Positions 58,641 through 64,000 of a DNA stretch of 64,000 nucleotides are shown here, in pieces. The notes beneath the pieces are model-generated. The model had not been told where the DNA came from. It did no database searches and saw nothing but the letters and a program-made list of their open reading frames with translations. Each line of letters starts with the position of its first letter. The first letter of the stretch is position 1. The translations under genes and the position numbers were made by a program. Origin of the DNA: Candidatus Multivorans sp. (GTDB taxonomy: Bacteria > Acidobacteriota > Thermoanaerobaculia > Multivoradales > Multivoraceae). The stretch lies in assembly GCA_965247095.1 (NCBI GenBank), contig OZ251997.1, positions 4,160,001 to 4,224,000 of the forward strand, given 5' to 3'.

Positions 58641-59411
58641 ATGAGGACGAGGGTCTACATTGACGGCTTGAACCTGTACTACGGAGCCCTCAAGGGAACG
58701 CCGTTCAAGTGGCTCGACCCCATCAAGCTGAGCATGGCCCTGCTTCCCCCGACGTGTGTCGTGGACAAGGTGCTCTACTTCACCGCCCATGTGTCCGGCG
58801 TCCAAGACCCCGGCGCTCCGGCTCGTCAGCGGGTCTATCTGAACGCGCTTCGCACGCTGCCGCAGGTCGAGGTGCACTTCGGCAGCTTTCTCGCCAAGAC
58901 GCTCTGGCGGCCGCTCGTGAACCTGCCGGTGGCCGGCAGGCGAATCGCTGCACCCAAACCGGTCATGTTGCCAGCGGGCGACCACGCCGTCTCCGGTCCG
59001 AGCCCGCAGACACTGCCCGTGGGTGGCTACCCGGCACGCGGGGCTGGAAAGAAGAAGCGGCCGAAGGCTTCGGCGCCGTTGCCGGATGCGTTGGTTGCCG
59101 AGTTCCACTCCATGGAGGAGAAGGGATCAGACGTCAACCTCGCCTCCCATCTTCTCAACGACGCTTGGAAGGGGCTATTCGACGCAGCAGCCGTGATCTC
59201 CAACGACACCGATCTCGTGACACCGATCCGGATCGTCACCGCTGAACGAGGCAAACCGGTGTTCATCGTGTGTCCGGGCCGGTGGCAGGTCGCGCCGAAG
59301 CTCGGCCAGGCGGCGAGCCACGTACGACATGTTCGTAGGGCGATGCTCAAGGCGGCGCAGTTTCCCAGCACGCTTCCGGGCACCGCAATCACCAAGCCGG
59401 CAGGTTGGTGA
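58641..59411 (+). CDS. NYN domain (PIN-like) nuclease
   Basis: VYIDGLNLYYG, YFTA.V, RQ..YL.AL, EEKGSDVNLA.HL..D, VISND.DL. Confidence 0.9.
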   Translation: MRTRVYIDGLNLYYGALKGTPFKWLDPIKLSMALLPPTCVVDKVLYFTAHVSGVQDPGAPARQRVYLNALRTLPQVEVHFGSFLAKTLWRPLVNLPVAGRRIAAPKPVMLPAGDHAVSGPSPQTLPVGGYPARGAGKKKRPKASAPLPDALVAEFHSMEEKGSDVNLASHLLNDAWKGLFDAAAVISNDTDLVTPIRIVTAERGKPVFIVCPGRWQVAPKLGQAASHVRHVRRAMLKAAQFPSTLPGTAITKPAGW

Positions 59412-59484
59412 ACAGCGGGGTCGGTCGCTTGGTAGTGCCTTCACCACTCGGCCAGATGCACGCGTGAGTGCGAGCGGACGGAAC

Positions 59485-59715
59485 TCAGGACGTTCCCTCC
59501 CATAGCGCCAGTTCGGCCTCCTCCGTCGTTTCATCGAAGTCAGGCAGCGAGTTGACCAGATGGGCCAGCCTGCCGAAGCGGAACTTCTCCGGCCTGACGG
59601 GAACCAGCCTGACCGCGGGCTTGCCCCTGCGGGCGATGATCACGTCGTCGCCGGCTTCGGCGGCGACGATGAGCTTCGACAGTTGCGACTTGGCGTCGTG
59701 GATGTTGACGAGCAT
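59485..59715 (-). CDS. Phd/YefM family antitoxin (no co-directional toxin)
   Basis: VNIHDAKSQLSKLI..AEAG..V.IARRGKP.VRLVP. Confidence 0.9.
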   Translation of the reverse strand: MLVNIHDAKSQLSKLIVAAEAGDDVIIARRGKPAVRLVPVRPEKFRFGRLAHLVNSLPDFDETTEEAELALWEGTS

Positions 59716-59725
59716 CTTGGGCTCC

Positions 59726-61963
59726 TCAGCCTATCTGGCTCGTCTGGCTCTGGTCGGAGGATCCATCGGGCGTCTCCTGCGCGGGAACAGGACGTGCGTA
59801 CTTTGAGTATGTGATGGCCTGAGGGCTTTGTCGCAGGACGTGCTTGACTAGGAAGAACCGGTACGAGCGGTAGGCATACACGGTCGTCGCAACGGCGGCG
59901 AACAAGGCTAGCTGGTTCACCCAGATGGCAGGCAGGGCCAGCGTGGGGAACAGGTGCTGAGGGGCGTGAAGTGCCAGCATGACTCCGATCAGAAGCCAAC
60001 CCGCGACGAGCAGCATCGCCTCGGCCTTGAGGCGGCCGTCGTCAACGGCCGCCGTCCGGTATGCGGCCGGAAGACGGCGACGCACCAACAGGGCCACCGC
60101 TACGAATACCGCTCCGATCAGAGCCAAGCGGCCAGGCCAACCCGCCGCGACGACTGAGGATAGGGAGGACCAATCTGGCATGTGGTCTGCTAGTTCGCTG
60201 CTGAGTCCTTTGAACGTGGCGGTACTTTGAGCCGCCCAGATGGCGGGAACAGCAACAACTAGGGCGCCGAACGCCGCTGCTGCCCGGTTTCGGATCGTGC
60301 GGTCGTCGTCACCGCGTGGGCCAGCGTCCGAGAAGGACTCGCACTTCTGCCGCTGTACCTGCCTCCACCAGATGCTGAGGTCGATGAGACGCCGCCCGAA
60401 GTAGCCTAGGAAGGAGAAGACCACCGCGGCCGTGGCCGCGGTCCGCCATCCTTCAGCTTGGAGCGCCAGCGAGAGCGAGCTGTAGGTTCCGAGCAGCACC
60501 AGCAGGGGCACGAAACTATAGAGCCAGAACAGCAGCTTCCAGTACACACGGCGACGGAACCATTGCGGTCGCTCCGAGACGGATTCCTTCTTGCCGTCCA
60601 CGGCCCGATCGAGAATTCGTCGGAACAGACACTGATCCGCCCAGTACTTGCTGTGTGCAACTCCGGGGACGGAGTAGCGGTTGAAGACGACATCCTCCCT
60701 GCACCGGAATACAGCGTTGTAGCCGCACGTCCGTTGCACCACATCGAGCCTGTGCCCGACCGGGTCCAGCTCGTCGCAGTAGTTGAAGTGATCTATCTTC
60801 CGTGGCTTGTGCGACTTGAAGCGACCACTCAGGCTGCCGAAGGCGCTGATGAGGTTGCTAGTCAGCAGGTACCGGTAGTTCGTCCACCAGATCGTCAGGT
60901 ATTTGTCGATGGGGGAGCCCAACGTTACAAAGCTCTGCACACGGTTGATCCAGCGTGTGTCGGGCAAGGTGAAGTTGCAGCCGCCACGGGCGTACCCTGG
61001 GAACTTCCAACTGCGCTTGTGGCCGAGCCGGACGCTCCAGCTTGCGCTGGCGTAGAGCAGCGCATCGAGGCTCATGATGCTGCCCAGGCTGTGAGCGATG
61101 AAGACGTAGCGCGGGTCACGGATCTTGCCCTTCCGCTTGCGCTCCTCTGTGTAGTGCGCGGCTTCGACCCTCGCCATCAGCTCGTGGAAACGGCGAACTG
61201 CCCGACGGCGGCAGCGGCTGTACTCACCGTACAGTTGGACATCTCCGAGGAACTTCACGAAGACGAGTTCCTTCATCTCCTTGAAGCGGAAGTTCATGGC
61301 GAAGCGCACCATGAGCAGAGTGTCGGCGAGGAGGTACAGGATGCGGCGGATCCAGAGCGGTACTTTGGCGTCCTCGGCGGCTTGGATTTCCTTCTGGAAC
61401 TTGGCCCTCTCGGCGGCGTTCTCGGTAGCTTGGCTTTCCTTCTGGGTCCTGGCCCTCTCGGCGGCGGTCTCGGCAGCTTCGTGCTTGCGCAGCAGGCGCC
61501 CCAGCAGACCCTTGGCCCACAGGTCGACGTCTTGTCCGACGTGCTCTACTGAGTCCTGCGTCACGTCGGACCAGCAGAGGTCCACGAACCGCAGGTTCTG
61601 CCCGCAGGTCGCCGGCTCTCCCAGGAACGGCTGATCGGGAGGAGAATCTGGCGAGGCAGGAATGCCGTCGAACTCCATCCAGGGCTGTTCAGTGACCGGG
61701 ACCTTCGACGGCCCCGTCTGCCCACTGGCTCGCCCGAGGGTGAGAACATCCCGCTTGTCGTCCTTCTTGGCGCCACGTCGTGCTTCGGCAAAGCGGTTGA
61801 CGACGTTGATCGCACACTCGTTCTTGCGCTGCTCCCCTATGCCGTGAACCACGACAACGTAGGTCACGGAGTCGGCCGGCGATTCAGCGCGCTTCTCGCC
61901 CATGGACTTACTCATGATGCCGGGTCCGCTGGAAGGGATGTCCGCCGCCGCCGCTTCAGTCAC
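59726..61963 (-). CDS. Hypothetical membrane protein with an alpha/beta-hydrolase-like N-terminal domain
   Basis: VVVVHGIGEQ, IAHSLGS, FVTLGSP, D..DPV, H..YW motifs; several C-terminal TM helices; GTG start overlaps the stop of the AAA+ gene. Confidence 0.7.
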   Translation of the reverse strand: MTEAAAADIPSSGPGIMSKSMGEKRAESPADSVTYVVVVHGIGEQRKNECAINVVNRFAEARRGAKKDDKRDVLTLGRASGQTGPSKVPVTEQPWMEFDGIPASPDSPPDQPFLGEPATCGQNLRFVDLCWSDVTQDSVEHVGQDVDLWAKGLLGRLLRKHEAAETAAERARTQKESQATENAAERAKFQKEIQAAEDAKVPLWIRRILYLLADTLLMVRFAMNFRFKEMKELVFVKFLGDVQLYGEYSRCRRRAVRRFHELMARVEAAHYTEERKRKGKIRDPRYVFIAHSLGSIMSLDALLYASASWSVRLGHKRSWKFPGYARGGCNFTLPDTRWINRVQSFVTLGSPIDKYLTIWWTNYRYLLTSNLISAFGSLSGRFKSHKPRKIDHFNYCDELDPVGHRLDVVQRTCGYNAVFRCREDVVFNRYSVPGVAHSKYWADQCLFRRILDRAVDGKKESVSERPQWFRRRVYWKLLFWLYSFVPLLVLLGTYSSLSLALQAEGWRTAATAAVVFSFLGYFGRRLIDLSIWWRQVQRQKCESFSDAGPRGDDDRTIRNRAAAAFGALVVAVPAIWAAQSTATFKGLSSELADHMPDWSSLSSVVAAGWPGRLALIGAVFVAVALLVRRRLPAAYRTAAVDDGRLKAEAMLLVAGWLLIGVMLALHAPQHLFPTLALPAIWVNQLALFAAVATTVYAYRSYRFFLVKHVLRQSPQAITYSKYARPVPAQETPDGSSDQSQTSQIG
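61381..61476 (-). repeat. Two imperfect 48-bp tandem repeats in coding sequence
   Basis: Encode AAETAAERARTQKESQ and ATENAAERAKFQKEIQ. Confidence 0.8.
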
Positions 61964-62906
61964 CTGTGGACTGGCTCTTCCGGAGCAGCCGGCGGACCGC
62001 CTCGTCGTCGATCTTGTCGAGGTCGTCCTGGTACTTGAGGAGCACGCCCAGGGTGTCGCGGAGGATGCCGTCGGAGAGCGTTTCCTGGTCGAGGGCGATC
62101 AGGGCGTTCGTCCAGTCCAGGGTCTCGGCGACGCCGGGTTGCTTGAACAGGTCCTCCTCGCGCAGCGCCTGCACCAGGCGGACGATCTCGGCGGCGAAGT
62201 GCTTGGGCGCTTCGGGCACGCGCCGGAGCACGATCTGCACTTCCTTCTCGTAGTCGGGAAAGTCGATCCAGTGGTAGAGGCAGCGGCGCTTGAGCGCGTC
62301 GTGGACCTCGCGGGTGCGGTTCGAGGTCACCACCGCAACCGGCGGCGTTTCGGCGGCGATGGTGCCGATCTCGGGAATCGTGATCTGGAAGTCGGCCAGG
62401 ATCTCGAGCAGGTAGGCCTCGAACTCCTCGTCGGCCCGGTCGAGTTCGTCGATCAGAAGGACCGGCGGGGCCTCGCCTCTGCGGCCGGAACGGACCGCGC
62501 GCAGCAGGGGCCGCTCGAGCAGGAATTCGGAGGAGAACACGTCGTCGACGGCGGCCCGGCCGTCGCCTCCTCCGGCTGCCTCCACGCCGCGCAGGTGGAG
62601 CAACTGCCGGCGGTAGTTCCACTCGTAGACGGCGGTCGAAACGTCGAGCCCCTCGTAGCACTGGAGCCGGATCAGCTCGGAGCCCAGGCAGCGCGAGAGG
62701 GCCTTGGCGACCTCCGTCTTGCCGACGCCGGGTTCGCCCTCCAGGAAGATCGGCTTGCCCATGCGCAGCGACAGGTAGATCGCGGTGGCGAGGCTGCGGT
62801 CGGCGATGTAGTCCTCGGCGCGCAGGGCAGAGACGACGGCGTCGACGTCCGGGAAGCCGCGGTGGGTGGGGGGGTCGGGGCGCTGGAAACCAGGCGAAAC
62901 CGTCAT
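61956..62906 (-). CDS. coxD: MoxR-family (CoxD-like) AAA+ ATPase
   Basis: LEGEPGVGKT, RLQCYEGLD, LLIDELDRADEEFEA, TSNRTRE.HDALKRRC, PGVAETLDW. Confidence 0.9.
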   Translation of the reverse strand: MTVSPGFQRPDPPTHRGFPDVDAVVSALRAEDYIADRSLATAIYLSLRMGKPIFLEGEPGVGKTEVAKALSRCLGSELIRLQCYEGLDVSTAVYEWNYRRQLLHLRGVEAAGGGDGRAAVDDVFSSEFLLERPLLRAVRSGRRGEAPPVLLIDELDRADEEFEAYLLEILADFQITIPEIGTIAAETPPVAVVTSNRTREVHDALKRRCLYHWIDFPDYEKEVQIVLRRVPEAPKHFAAEIVRLVQALREEDLFKQPGVAETLDWTNALIALDQETLSDGILRDTLGVLLKYQDDLDKIDDEAVRRLLRKSQSTGD

Positions 62907-62919
62907 TCGCGGATTGCCG

Positions 62920-64000
62920 TCAGAGATCGAGGATCGCGTCGATGTCGCGTGGAAGCGGACGCGGTTTCGACAGCAGTGAGATGCCGAAGAACAGGGTCAG
63001 CGACAGCAGCAGCGAGATGGCGCCGCCGTGGATGCCGTGGGGCACCTGGATCTTGAAGATCTCGATGGAGAAGTTCACGGCGAGGCTGGAGATGATCGCA
63101 ACGTTCGCCGCCAGCGCCGTCGCGCGTTTCCAGTTGAAGCCGATCGCCACGGTCGGCACCAGCGCGGCGGCGAATGTCCCCCAGCCGAAGGTGCCCAGCA
63201 GCGCGACCAGGTCCTCCTTCGAGAAGCGCACGAAGAGCGCCGCGCCGACCGCTATGCCGAGAGTCGCCGTGCGAGCCCAGAACAGCTCCTTTTTCAACGG
63301 CTTGCCGAAGAGCGCCTTGGGAATGTCGTGGATGATCGCGGCGGCGCCGATGTTCAGGAACCCGTCGGCGGTCGACATGATGGCCGCGAACAGTCCCGCG
63401 AACACGACGCCCGCGAGGACCGGGTGGGCATACGCCTGCAGGAAGGCGTATGCCGCGTCGTCGGGCTGGCCGAGTTCGGTGTGGTCGCCGGCCACGACCA
63501 GGGCCCGCATCGCGAAGCCGATGGCGATCCACAAGAGCGCCGCGAAGAAGCCGGCGATAGCGCTGACCATGAAGATCTGCTTGAAGTCGCGAATCCGCTT
63601 GTTCATCATCAGCTTGGTGATGACGTGCGGCTGACCGCAGGCGCCCGCCACGAAGAGGAAGTAGTAGGACAGCGCTCCCATGATGCCCAGGGTGCCCCAC
63701 GGTCCGATCGCCTCCGGATCGTCGTTCACGAGCGTCATGGCGCCGCCGGCGATGCCGCCGTCGACCGCCTGGATCGCCGCGATGACCACCAGCACCCCCG
63801 CGACCGCCATCACACCGCCCTGGACGACGTCGGTGTACACGCCCGCGATGATGCCGCCGGTCACGCAGTAGAAGACGAGGACGGCGACGGAGATCGCCAT
63901 CGACATGCCCAGTGTGACCTCGGGAATGCCGTCGACGCTGTTCAGGATCTCCTGCAGCACCACCGCCATCGCCATGATCTGCGCCGCCAGGTAACCCACG
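62920..64000 (-). CDS. Sodium:solute symporter (5' part outside window)
   Basis: Y...GG..A.V.TD.VQG, GQPH, AAIMSTAD, WKRAT; multiple TM helices. Confidence 0.88.
   Translation of the reverse strand, partial: VGYLAAQIMAMAVVLQEILNSVDGIPEVTLGMSMAISVAVLVFYCVTGGIIAGVYTDVVQGGVMAVAGVLVVIAAIQAVDGGIAGGAMTLVNDDPEAIGPWGTLGIMGALSYYFLFVAGACGQPHVITKLMMNKRIRDFKQIFMVSAIAGFFAALLWIAIGFAMRALVVAGDHTELGQPDDAAYAFLQAYAHPVLAGVVFAGLFAAIMSTADGFLNIGAAAIIHDIPKALFGKPLKKELFWARTATLGIAVGAALFVRFSKEDLVALLGTFGWGTFAAALVPTVAIGFNWKRATALAANVAIISSLAVNFSIEIFKIQVPHGIHGGAISLLLSLTLFFGISLLSKPRPLPRDIDAILDL

Noticed and set aside
50248-61945. Prophage or integrative element carrying the DGR
   Set aside because: No integrase, transposase, phage structural or conjugation genes are present in the window.
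1-64000. tRNA, rRNA, CRISPR arrays or a second VR
   Set aside because: None recognised by eye; tRNAscan-SE, cmscan and a BLAST with the TR would be needed to exclude them formally.

Overview
GC-rich bacterial chromosomal window. Its gene content (Calx-beta/FN3 surface proteins and a repeated 'LCL..RF..FF..N.EV..KV..GC' C-terminal domain) suggests an Acidobacteriota genome, possibly host-associated; this is an inference. The backbone is housekeeping: trehalose genes (GH15, otsB, otsA), msrP, ampG, glcDE, a heme cluster (hemC/D-L-F-H-A-E-Y), M2 and S41 peptidases, xth, sixA, manA, xdhC/mocA, abgT, a nucleoside hydrolase, a MoxR AAA+/VWA pair and an SSS symporter. Accessory segments: (1) 14.8-20.3 kb, a PIN pair plus a hypothetical protein / GHKL ATPase / amino-methyltransferase module, a candidate defence system. 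(2) An antitoxin/RES pair inside the heme cluster, with the antitoxin fused in frame to hemH. (3) A metalloprotease gene flanked by a 66-bp duplication of the VWA gene 3' end. (4) A diversity-generating retroelement (DGR) at 55.6-58.5 kb: secreted FGE/CLec target with VR, hairpin, avd, RT and TR. 21 of the 22 TR/VR differences are at TR adenines, yet the RT has lost its catalytic core by deletion. The DGR is followed by a promoter-hairpin-terminator leader, an NYN nuclease and an orphan antitoxin, all inserted between the AAA+ and VWA genes. Two small repeat families also occur: a REP-like palindrome that is in frame inside two proteins, and an inverted MITE-like pair. No rRNA, tRNA, CRISPR array, integrase or transposase was recognised.
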